This document shows, piece after piece, positions 26,295-35,700 of a stretch of DNA of 64,000 nt. A program made the position numbers and the translations under genes. Source of the DNA: a virus; the IMG/VR virus record IMGVR_UViG_3300009502_000034, positions 14,566 to 78,565 of that record; one strand, 5' to 3'. The notes under the pieces were generated by a model. The model was given only the letters and a program-made list of their open reading frames with translations, was not told the DNA's origin and did no database searches. Position 1 is the first letter of the stretch; the number at the start of each line of letters is the position of its first letter.

Positions 26295-27064
26295 TGAATT
26301 TTATCGGCGGGTTTAATAAGGTTGCTGATACGCCCGACGATAGGACTTGGGAGACTTTTAAGGGGATAGAAAGACTCAACAAGGAAATTAAAAAGATTTT
26401 GGCTGAAGCCATAGTGCAATTAGAATCCGGCAAACATAAATATAGTTCAAACTCAGAGCATATTATAGAAGAAATAGATGGCGCCGGAGATTTATCATAT
26501 AATACAGTACACATAGACGCCGACGGTTCTGATTGTGATAGATGTTCTTCAGCAGCTGGCACAGATGAGCCCTTAGAGAATTATACGCATAAGGCTAGTA
26601 ATATGGTGGCCACTGACTCAAAAGGGCACAAAGAACAGCTAGATGAGCCTGCACCGCTGTATATAAGAACTCACCCAGGATGTAAACACGATATTATAGT
26701 GTTTAATGACGGTGAATATCGTGAGGTATTTGAGGATATTATCTTTGATTTCTCCGGTAAAAATATAGGTACCGGTGACGCAAAAGCAATAGTTGATGCA
26801 CTTATAGAAAAAATTAATAGCGGAGAAAAGGCCCCAGTTGTGCCAGATGAATCAGATGAATCAGATGAATCAGATGAGGTGGTTGAAGAAGGGGATGGGT
26901 CTGAAGAGGAAGAGAAAAACGAAGAAGAGTCTGAAGAAGAAATCCCTGGGATCTCTCAGGATTTTGAAGACGTTAACACAATGCCATCGATAGCTGATGT
27001 AGGCAAGAAGACCACGGAAATATTAAATAAGAAAGTAAAGTCTTGGCTCATAGGAAAATTATAA
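26294..27064 (+). CDS. acidic hypothetical protein
   Basis: TAATG coupling; CDRC...HPGCKH possible metal site; DES x3 microrepeat. Confidence 0.5.
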   Translation: MNFIGGFNKVADTPDDRTWETFKGIERLNKEIKKILAEAIVQLESGKHKYSSNSEHIIEEIDGAGDLSYNTVHIDADGSDCDRCSSAAGTDEPLENYTHKASNMVATDSKGHKEQLDEPAPLYIRTHPGCKHDIIVFNDGEYREVFEDIIFDFSGKNIGTGDAKAIVDALIEKINSGEKAPVVPDESDESDESDEVVEEGDGSEEEEKNEEESEEEIPGISQDFEDVNTMPSIADVGKKTTEILNKKVKSWLIGKL

Positions 27065-28617
27065 TGGATGAATTAGATTACTTTAAGGGTGGTAAACCGA
27101 ATATAGCTGATAATCCAGAGATGGATCACGGGTCGCAAAAGAGCTTAGACAGGATGGACGTGGGCCCAATAGCTAATTATTTTGCTAAGATATATGGTGT
27201 TCATCGTGCCGACTTTGACAAAATATTTAAGGGGTTGTCAGAAGAGGAATATCATTATTATGCTAAGTTAGTTAAACAAGCACCTAAAGAGGAGCCAGAT
27301 GTAGAGGTTAAGGCGCCCGCAAAAATTGAACATAAAGAACCATCAAATATTATAGAGATGAGTCAACCCAATAAGGAACTAAATTCTCCAGAAGGAATAG
27401 TAGATAGAAGTAAATCTGTTCAAAATACAGAGGATAATTTTACTAAGGAAAGAGGTCCGATAAATAACCCGCAGCCTGAGGTTCTTAAACAAGAGACGTT
27501 CAACCCGGGCCCAGAGTTAAAAGCTGCTGCCTCTATAGGCAATCAAGGAGATACAAATATGAAACGCATTGTTTATGCAAGTCTAGGTGAATGCAAGGTT
27601 ACGGATTTAAAGAAGGGTGATTATTTTGCATTTTTAGACAATCCTACGATCTATAAAATAACCGCCGCTGAAGACGGCGTCACCAAGGTCAGTGATGCTT
27701 ACGGCGGGGATTACGCTTTTGCTAATGAAGAACTTGGCGAAGAGCGTATGGAAAAACTTCAACCAACTGAGCCTGATAAAATAGTTTTCGCCCCACTAGA
27801 CCCAGTAACTAGCGTTGAAGATAATGCTAAGCAGGGTTACGTGATTTATGTAGATGCGGAAGAGCCTGATAGTTATATAGTAACTTGGGACACCGATGGC
27901 GAAAATATAGAGGAAGTGTCAGGGGAAGATATAGTTAAATTAGACACGGAAATAGATGAAAAATTAATTAAGAAGTTGCAGGGTATAAAAGAAGAATACG
28001 AGAAGACGCTGTTAGAGGTTGATGCAGAGATGGACTCAGATTCAGAAAAAGCTGTTGCCCTGGCTGCTTCAGAAAGATCTGCAGAGGTTGCTGAGTTTAG
28101 CAGGTATGTTACAGAGCATGTTGCCTTGTCAGATTTAGTCGCCAATATGGAAAGCGACATGAGTATTCAGGACGTTAAGGATTTAAAGGGTACGGCAGAA
28201 AGTTATGTGCCAGAAGTATTAGCCAGGATTGCCGGGCTAGATTTAGAGAACAATGAAGGCGTTTATATCAAGGGCGCTAGCGATGCTCTTACCAATGCTT
28301 TTTGGGCAGAAATAACCGCCCGCCCAGCAGGGCCTAAAATGGAAGCAATATTGAAGACTGTGTCAGATGGTAAAAAACAGTGGCTTGCAGAAGAGGCCGT
28401 TAAACACGCTAAAAATATTATAGAGAGTCAATACGTGGCCACAGCAAGGCCAATCGGTAATACTTCGCCGGATAATCACTTATCTGGCGAGCCCTCGTCA
28501 CCCAAACTATCACCAGAACAAGATGCTAGATATCAAGAACTTGGTGGTAAAATAAATAGAACCCCAGAGGAAGAAAGAGAGTTCCAGGGTTTATATGCAA
28601 AAACTATTCAGGAATAA
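27064..28617 (+). CDS. acidic hypothetical protein, possible internal head protein with internal start at 27559
   Basis: ATG 27064 overlaps the upstream TAA; internal AAGGAG plus in-frame ATG. Confidence 0.5.
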   Translation: MDELDYFKGGKPNIADNPEMDHGSQKSLDRMDVGPIANYFAKIYGVHRADFDKIFKGLSEEEYHYYAKLVKQAPKEEPDVEVKAPAKIEHKEPSNIIEMSQPNKELNSPEGIVDRSKSVQNTEDNFTKERGPINNPQPEVLKQETFNPGPELKAAASIGNQGDTNMKRIVYASLGECKVTDLKKGDYFAFLDNPTIYKITAAEDGVTKVSDAYGGDYAFANEELGEERMEKLQPTEPDKIVFAPLDPVTSVEDNAKQGYVIYVDAEEPDSYIVTWDTDGENIEEVSGEDIVKLDTEIDEKLIKKLQGIKEEYEKTLLEVDAEMDSDSEKAVALAASERSAEVAEFSRYVTEHVALSDLVANMESDMSIQDVKDLKGTAESYVPEVLARIAGLDLENNEGVYIKGASDALTNAFWAEITARPAGPKMEAILKTVSDGKKQWLAEEAVKHAKNIIESQYVATARPIGNTSPDNHLSGEPSSPKLSPEQDARYQELGGKINRTPEEEREFQGLYAKTIQE

Positions 28618-28636
28618 AATTTAAAGGAGATTAAAC

Positions 28637-29203
28637 ATGTCAGACATTCAAAACGTCACTCAAAGACAGGGGGCAACCCCAGCAGAATTAGTGGGTAGAG
28701 TGGTAGATTCAGTCACTGGGAAGGAAACTATAGTCCCTATTAAACTTCATAGTAATGGAGATGGTACGTGGTCTCTGGATATAGCTGCCACCATCGAAGG
28801 AGATGTTATAGTTGGTGCGGCCATGAATGTGAAGAATGTTGCCGGAGCCACTATTAATCCAGCCACAGAAGACACATTATCATCTTTATGCGGCGTGGCT
28901 GTAACACCCATCTGTTCTGTGACGACAGCCTCCGGTGAGATAGTTCCAGCAACGCTTGCCAAGCAGATCAAAATAAAAAATCTCATAATTAATAATGCAG
29001 GGGCCTCAGATGTTACAGTTGGGCTTATTATTACCCAATCTTCCGCTCCTGTCACAATATATTCATTTTTGTATAAACCAGGGGTTATTTATCAACCAAT
29101 CACTGCGCCTGATTTTATATTGTGCGACGTAAACACTAATGTTGGTATAGCCCTTGACGCAACAGTAACGGTAAATTATCACATAGATTATACACTAGTT
29201 TAA
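28637..29203 (+). CDS. putative virion structural protein
   Basis: AAGGAG RBS; T/V/I-rich beta composition; INPATEDTL motif. Confidence 0.45.
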   Translation: MSDIQNVTQRQGATPAELVGRVVDSVTGKETIVPIKLHSNGDGTWSLDIAATIEGDVIVGAAMNVKNVAGATINPATEDTLSSLCGVAVTPICSVTTASGEIVPATLAKQIKIKNLIINNAGASDVTVGLIITQSSAPVTIYSFLYKPGVIYQPITAPDFILCDVNTNVGIALDATVTVNYHIDYTLV

Positions 29204-29214
29204 TAGGAGGTTTT

Positions 29215-29385
29215 ATGGCAGACGTAAATAATGTAATTGTAATAAATTCTCAAATGAACAAGGCTGATGCACAGAGACTTTTGACAGCGCTTCAAAATGA
29301 AGTAGCCAATTGGGATACGATTAAAGCCAAGCAATTAGCGGATATTCAAGCAAGAATAGTTGCGCTGCAAGCAGCGTTAGTGTAA
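29215..29385 (+). CDS. 56 aa helical protein upstream of rSAM gene (not in ORF track)
   Basis: AGGAGG RBS; MADVNNVIVINSQMNKADAQRLL...QAALV*. Confidence 0.6.
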   Translation: MADVNNVIVINSQMNKADAQRLLTALQNEVANWDTIKAKQLADIQARIVALQAALV

Positions 29386-29407
29386 AGTCTTAACTATAGG
29401 AGCCGAA

Positions 29408-30574
29408 GTGAGACTAAATACAATTGATTTAATGCTTACAAATTCATGTAATTTAAGATGTGCTTTCTGTTATATAGGTCAGAATCAGCATGATATAATT
29501 TCACAAGAAGATGAGATCAAACGCAACATAGCAACATGTGAATGGGTTTTATCTCAATATCGTGTATCTATGTCAGAGGTTGACCCACAATATAGAATAA
29601 TAAACTTTAATCTATATGGTGGTGAACCTACAATGGCATGGGAAAGTGTTAAAGCTTTAGTAGAATGGCGTAAAACTGTGTCAGATATAAATATTCAGAT
29701 GGGCTTAGTTACTAACATGGTTTTAATGGATGAAGCTAAGATAGACTATTGTATAGCGAATAATGTAGGAATTCACCCATCTATAGACGGTTGTAAATCG
29801 GCCGAAGATATGTATAGGATAACTGCCGATGGAAGTACGGTATCTGATAAGGTATTTGCCAATGCTAAAGTTTTAACTAGTAAACTTAAAGGTCGTAGTT
29901 GCAGATCTACTATAGACCCTAAGACTGCTCCATTTATGTTTGAATCTGTTAAATTTGTAACGCAAGAACTTGGTTTTACAACAGTAAACCAAGTATTGGC
30001 CGGTGGAGTAGATTGGAAAGACTCAGATATAGAAGTTGTCAAGACTCAATCTAGATTGATAACAGATTGGTGGTTAGATCAAATGCGTGTTGGAAAACAT
30101 TATTCTTTATATTATATAAGGAATATGCTAACAGGCATTTGGAATCCAATTCGCAGAAGAGGATTATGTTCAAGCGGTGTTAGTCATGCTGCTATAGACA
30201 CAGATGGTAATATTTATCCATGTCATAGATTTTGCGGAGGCACAACACCTCCTGAATATTTAATGGGTAATATCCATACTGGTGGAGTAGTAAATAAAGA
30301 ATTAGAAGATAAATTAAAAAATTTTGATTTAGCCAAATACCATAAAGACAAATGTAGTGGATGTATAGCAGTTAATTCTTGTATGGCTTTGTGCTTACAT
30401 GAGATGATGTTAAATGGAAGTATGTTTGAGCCTTTACCTCATTATTGCAAACTGTGGCCGTTTTATTATGCAGAAGCAATGAGAGCACACGCAATAATGG
30501 ACGCAGAGAGAAATCAGTTGTATTACCAAATCTATCGTCCAAGACCTGCTCAAAATCAGGTTAGGAGAAACTAA
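29408..30574 (+). CDS. radical SAM/SPASM-domain peptide/protein maturase (anSME/ranthipeptide-maturase-like)
   Basis: CNLRCAFC (CxxxCxxC), YGGEP, SIDG; SPASM cysteines CSSG...DGNIYPCHRF...CSGC...CMALC...YC; no N-terminal RRE. Confidence 0.93.
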   Translation: MRLNTIDLMLTNSCNLRCAFCYIGQNQHDIISQEDEIKRNIATCEWVLSQYRVSMSEVDPQYRIINFNLYGGEPTMAWESVKALVEWRKTVSDINIQMGLVTNMVLMDEAKIDYCIANNVGIHPSIDGCKSAEDMYRITADGSTVSDKVFANAKVLTSKLKGRSCRSTIDPKTAPFMFESVKFVTQELGFTTVNQVLAGGVDWKDSDIEVVKTQSRLITDWWLDQMRVGKHYSLYYIRNMLTGIWNPIRRRGLCSSGVSHAAIDTDGNIYPCHRFCGGTTPPEYLMGNIHTGGVVNKELEDKLKNFDLAKYHKDKCSGCIAVNSCMALCLHEMMLNGSMFEPLPHYCKLWPFYYAEAMRAHAIMDAERNQLYYQIYRPRPAQNQVRRN

Positions 30575-31854
30575 TGGCCTGTGTAACAAACGATTTAGTA
30601 TATGGCGGACCTTGTAGTTATTGTGACCAAGGCCCCTGCATTTTCTGTGACCAAGGCCGTTGCTCTTCTTGCGACCAAGCCACCTGCTACTCTTGTGACC
30701 AAAGCACTTGCAGTGTTTGTGACCAAGGTAAATGCTCTGCTGGAGACAATGGCTGTTGTAATTATTTAGATGCAGGTAAGTGTAGTTTATCAGATTCTGG
30801 AATATGCTCTGGAAACGATTCTGGTAAATGTAGTAATGGTGACCAAAATTTTTGTAGTAATTGTGACCAAGGACGTTGCTGGAATGGAGATGTAGGCCCT
30901 TGTGTTGGTTGGGACATCGGCCCCTGCTCGTATTGCGACCAAGCCTCTTGTTCTGTCTGCGACCAAGGCCCCTGCTCTTCTTGCGACCAAGCCCGTTGCT
31001 CTTCTTGTGACCAAGCTCGTTGTGCTGGCTGTGACCAAGGCCCCTGCTCTTCTTGTGACCAAGCCGCTTGCCCACATTGTGACCAAGCCTCTTGTTCTGT
31101 CTGCGACCAATGGTCTCACTGCCCTAACGACATCGGCCCCTGCTCGTATTGTGACCAGGCTTCTTGCACAGGATGTGACCAAGGGAAATGTTCAGGTTGT
31201 GACCAGGCTTCTTGCACAGGATGTGACCAAGGGAAATGTTCAGGTGGGGACCAGGCTTATTGCGTAGGATGTGACCAAGGGAAATGTTCAGGTTGTGACC
31301 AGGCTTCTTGCTCAAATTGTGACCAAGCTCGTTGTGCTTCGTGTGACCAAGGCCCCTGCTCTTCTTGCGATCAACGCTGGTGCTCTTCTTGCGACCAAGG
31401 CTATTGTGTTGGCTGTGACATCGGATATTGTATAAACTGTGACCAAGGGAAATGTAGTGGTGTAGACCAAGGGAAATGTTCTGCTGGAGATATTGGGCCA
31501 TGTAGAAATACTGATGCAGGTATTTGTTCTGCTTGTGATGAAGGACATTGTAGCAATGGAGATAATGGTTTATGTTTATTGTGTGATGATAGTCCATGTA
31601 AAATTAATGATATTACTGATTGGCCTTGCTCTCAAAATGATTCTGGAAAGTGTTCAAGTTGTGACCAAGGTTATTGTACAAACTGTGACCAAGGGAAATG
31701 TAGTGGTGAAGACCAAGGGAAATGTGCTGCTGGAGATGTTGGACCTTGTACTAACTGCGACCAAGGTCCTTGCTTAGCAATGGATGTAGGCGGTTGTACG
31801 GCAAGCGACATGCCAGTTTATTTAATTATGACTAATGTAAAAAAAAATAGATAA
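30574..31854 (+). CDS. Cys-rich 8-residue repeat protein with 50 C-x3-D motifs; probable substrate of the adjacent rSAM enzyme
   Basis: TAATG coupling to rSAM; consensus unit G/A-x-C-x-x-C/G/N-D-Q counted by hand. Confidence 0.85.
   Translation: MACVTNDLVYGGPCSYCDQGPCIFCDQGRCSSCDQATCYSCDQSTCSVCDQGKCSAGDNGCCNYLDAGKCSLSDSGICSGNDSGKCSNGDQNFCSNCDQGRCWNGDVGPCVGWDIGPCSYCDQASCSVCDQGPCSSCDQARCSSCDQARCAGCDQGPCSSCDQAACPHCDQASCSVCDQWSHCPNDIGPCSYCDQASCTGCDQGKCSGCDQASCTGCDQGKCSGGDQAYCVGCDQGKCSGCDQASCSNCDQARCASCDQGPCSSCDQRWCSSCDQGYCVGCDIGYCINCDQGKCSGVDQGKCSAGDIGPCRNTDAGICSACDEGHCSNGDNGLCLLCDDSPCKINDITDWPCSQNDSGKCSSCDQGYCTNCDQGKCSGEDQGKCAAGDVGPCTNCDQGPCLAMDVGGCTASDMPVYLIMTNVKKNR
30607..31812 (+). repeat. 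24 nt-period coding tandem repeat array
   Basis: recurring TGTGACCAAGG / TGCGACCAAG every 24 nt. Confidence 0.85.
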
Positions 31855-31861
31855 TGGAGGC

Positions 31862-32197
31862 GTGATGAATTTTCTTGGCGCATCATATTTTTATATATCA
31901 GTTTTTAACATAATTGTGGGGTTGTATATGATGATCTCATTTATGAGAAATTATTTTACTCTAAAAAATTTTTTAAACACGTCTAAAATTATTGATCGTA
32001 GACGTGGTGGTTTAATAATGTTGGAAATTATGATTTTGCTATCATTTTCCATTTGGTCTCACGGGACAATAGCAATCATTAATATGTTTGATAAGGTGTA
32101 CAATTTTGGTCAATTTACACATGTGTTATGGTTTGTACCAGCCATAGCCATTATGATTGCTTTAATTAAAATGGTAACAATTTCTACAAAAGGATAA
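31862..32197 (+). CDS. small membrane protein (about 3 TM)
   Basis: three hydrophobic segments; GGAGG RBS. Confidence 0.6.
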   Translation: MMNFLGASYFYISVFNIIVGLYMMISFMRNYFTLKNFLNTSKIIDRRRGGLIMLEIMILLSFSIWSHGTIAIINMFDKVYNFGQFTHVLWFVPAIAIMIALIKMVTISTKG

Positions 32198-32199
32198 AT

Positions 32200-32505
32200 A
32201 TGCCTGGTAAAAACGACATAAGCGTATTGCTGTTAAACCAAATATCTACAATGGTCGCTGCCTCAAATGCATCTGCTGAGGAGACCAAAAAGGCTCTTAT
32301 AGCTGTTAGGGATTTAACGGACAGACAAAACGTGTTGCTTGCAGAGATTTTGGCAGGGCAAAAACAATTCCAGTCTCTAACCGTGAGATATGGTGCGTAT
32401 TTTGTTATAGTTCTTTTTCTTATTATAGCAGGATTATTGATGGCCCTAAATGTGAAAGGCGCAGATACAATTTCCAATGTTATAGCTAAGGTGGTAACAA
32501 AATGA
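32200..32505 (+). CDS. coiled-coil plus single-TM protein (holin/XhlA-like architecture)
   Basis: N-terminal heptads, C-terminal YFVIVLFLIIAGLLMAL. Confidence 0.45.
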   Translation: MPGKNDISVLLLNQISTMVAASNASAEETKKALIAVRDLTDRQNVLLAEILAGQKQFQSLTVRYGAYFVIVLFLIIAGLLMALNVKGADTISNVIAKVVTK

Positions 32506-32711
32506 TAAAGCAGTATAATCTAAAGAAGAGAGGGAAAAATATGACTAGCGTGGACATACAAAAGTTTGTAAATAGGGCCAACATAACTGTAAAAGCAATG
32601 AAAAAGAATACGGAGGAAATGGCAGGTATAAACGACGACTTGCGTGAGGCCATATGCACAGTAGAACAACTATCCCAAGCGTTTACCGGGAAAATAAAGA
32701 ATGGTAAATAA
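32502..32711 (+). CDS. small hypothetical protein (start probably at MTSVD)
   Basis: GAGGG RBS before the internal ATG; overlaps the ligase start. Confidence 0.4.
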   Translation: MIKQYNLKKRGKNMTSVDIQKFVNRANITVKAMKKNTEEMAGINDDLREAICTVEQLSQAFTGKIKNGK

Positions 32712-35700
32712 TGCGCTAGAAATAGCTGCATTCCGTAAAGACATTATCAAGTTAAATCCTATATCTCAAATGTTAACTGAGTACAAGGATAATCTTGATA
32801 TGAAGCTTTACACATTCGATGAATTGAAAACCTTTATTGGTAATCAAAAAGCAACAGTATCGATCAAAATTGATGGAGAAATATGTCTGTCTGGAGATAC
32901 ATCAGTTAAGTTGTTGGACGGCACACATAAAACCGTTAAACAGTTATATGATCTCGGCGCTAAAGATTTTTACGTCTATAGTATAGATCAACAACAGGCT
33001 GTTGTCCCCGGTAGGTGTTCATCAGTTGTGTTAACCGGTAAAAATAAAAAGGTGTTAAAAATAACACTAGATAATGGTGAATTTTTTAAGTGCACCGAGA
33101 ACCATAAAATCATGTTAAGAAATGGCGAATATATAGAAGCTAAAGCATTAGTTGCCGGGGCATCTTTAATGCCGTTATATACGAGAATCTCTATTAGGGA
33201 AGATCATAAGGGAATAGTTGGTTACGAGATGTGCTATAATCTCACAACTGATAAATGGGAATGGACTCATAAAATGGTGGCTCAAAGCATATATGAGGGC
33301 ACGTTTAAAAATAAGGCCATACATCACAAAAATTTTAATAAACTTAACAACGTTCCAGATAATTTGTTAATAACCGACTGGGATGAACATGTTAAGTTGC
33401 ACAAAGAATTAGCATATAAAGGAATGATGGCATACAGAAATGATCCTGTGACTGGGCCTTTGTGGAGAGAGAGGCAAAAAAGGTCTCATTTAGCCATTTC
33501 CGATAGTAAAAGCAAAAACATTAAAATAGCATTAAGTGATCTCAGTGTTCGTAAATCTCTTTCAGAAGCCAATATTAAGGCTTGGAAAGATCCAGTTGTA
33601 AGGGCTAAGCGCTCTATTGGCATTAGCAAGGGGAATACTGGTAAGGTCAGAACACAAGAGTTTAAGGATCTCCAGAGCATTATACAAACTAAATTACAAA
33701 ACACGTCAGAATCCAAGAAAAGGAATAGTGAGAAAGCCAATGCGTTTTGGGCCTCAAACAGTGGAGTTAAGAGAAAAGCAAGAATGATTGTCAATGGCGC
33801 CGAGATTATGGCTTCTCGTTGGAAAGATGAAAATATGGTTAACAAAATGAAGCTTGGAATGGTTAATGCTTGGGCTCACAAAACCGCAGAAGAAAAATCT
33901 CTTAACGCAAAAAGGGGATGGGAAACTAGAAGGGTTAAAAAAGTAGCGGTTAATCATAAGGTAGTATCAATAGAAGAGTGTGGGTACGAAGATGTATATG
34001 ATTTAAGCATGGTTGAACCGGTGCATAACTTTGCTTTATCATGTGGAATTTTTGTGCATAATTGTGGTGTAAAATATGATGGTCAAAGAGCCATCACCTA
34101 TACCAGGGGCGGGATGATTCGTTATGACATGCCGCTCACCAAAGAGATGGAAGAAATGTTCGCTCACAATGGCATATCAGAATTTACTGGCATAGGCGAG
34201 ATGTTCGTTGTTAAAGAAGACGGCATGCCGCTGAGTTATCTTAAGGCTCAATCAATACTCAGATTGCCAAAGAACCTTGAAGAAGAATCTAGAATGAAAA
34301 TGATGATGTTTGATGTGTATAGCATTAATAATAATGTTATTATAAATAATCCATTGAGCGAGAGAATACAAAAAATACATACAATATTTAGTAAAGACGG
34401 TAAATATGTCATTCCAGCGCACTACGAAGAGAACGCAGGAATGGCAGAAATAGACAATCTTTGGAAGAAGGTCTTGGCTCCGGAAGAATATGGCTACGAG
34501 GGCCTAGTTGTTCATATTAATGATAAAATAATTAAGGTGAAGCCAATTTTGTCCTTTGATATGGTTATCGTCGCTATCAACAGGAGCAGGACTGATCCGG
34601 GGATGATAAGTGCTGTTGTAGCTTCTTTTATGGATAAGGCTGGTCATTTTAGATTCCACGGCAAGATAGGGTCAGGATTTTCCGACCATGATAGACAATT
34701 GCTTTTCAGATGGGCTGAGCAGAACAAGGTGTTTGAGGATGATACCGGGCAAATATGGGTAAATCCATTTAAACATCCGTTAATAGCTGAAATACAAGGT
34801 GAAGAGGTTAGCATCAAGGATGGCCCTGCATATAAATTTGAAAACAATAATTGGATAAGGATAGAAGATAAACTTACTGGTGTCGTAAGATACCCGGTAA
34901 TTATACAATTTAGGCCAGATAAGAGAACTACACCAAGCGATTTAAGATTGGCGCAGATACCAGGATTTCCTGAAATTAAAGCATATCTGCAAAGGGCTGG
35001 TGGCGAACCTATTCATCCAGATGCAATGGTTATCCCTCCGTCTCCTTATAACAATGAGGGATTAACTGAGCGTGATGTTTGGCAATATTACAATGATAAT
35101 AAAGAAGCAATCATCCACAATTATAAGGAGAATGAACAAGCAGTGCCTCTCAAGGCTATGATCGGTATTATGACTAATGAGGGGCTACTTTATAGGCGTA
35201 AAGACGAAAACGATAAAGAGTTAGATTTTACCAATCCATCTGAATACGATTTGAATAATACTGGTAGGACAGTCACTATGAATTTTGTTCTTGGTGATGA
35301 GGTTGACTTTATATATGTCGATGTAGACCCACAACAAGAATTTCCTCTTGAAGATACTAAGAGAATAACTGAAGAGCTGGCAGAATATTTTCAGGAAAGC
35401 GATACCATAAAAGAGGTACAAATCTTTTTTAACGGGCTTACTGGATTTCATGTATATGGCGTGCTAAAACAAGCAACCCCAATAGATGAAGCGTCAGAAA
35501 TGTTAAAAGGTATAATAAGGGAATATGTCGATTCTACTCCGGATGAAAGGATAAGTGTTGGTCAAGAGAAACAGCCAGGGACAATTAAGCTTGACATATC
35601 CACATTTCATAAAGGCGGCGGATTGAAAATACCATATTCTCTGCATGAAATTACAGGTTTAGTGTGTAAGAGGGTTGAGGATATTAAATCATTTAAATAC

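Noticed and set aside
26846-26878. GATGAATCA x3 tandem repeat as a regulatory element
   Set aside because: It encodes DES repeats within an acidic low-complexity linker.
30434-31597. Minus-strand and alternate-frame ORFs over the Cys-rich arrays (also 58254-58772)
   Set aside because: Shadow ORFs generated by the stop-poor repeat; no RBS, and the whole window is plus-strand coded.
30607-31812. Regularly spaced TGTGACCAAG repeats as a CRISPR array
   Set aside because: Period is 24 nt and in frame within an ORF, variation is codon-like, there are no unique 30-40 nt spacers and no cas genes.
30574-31854. Multiheme cytochrome c or polyferredoxin
   Set aside because: Motifs are CxxCD, never CxxCH; the second Cys is dispensable; no signal peptide and no CxxCxxCxxxCP spacing.
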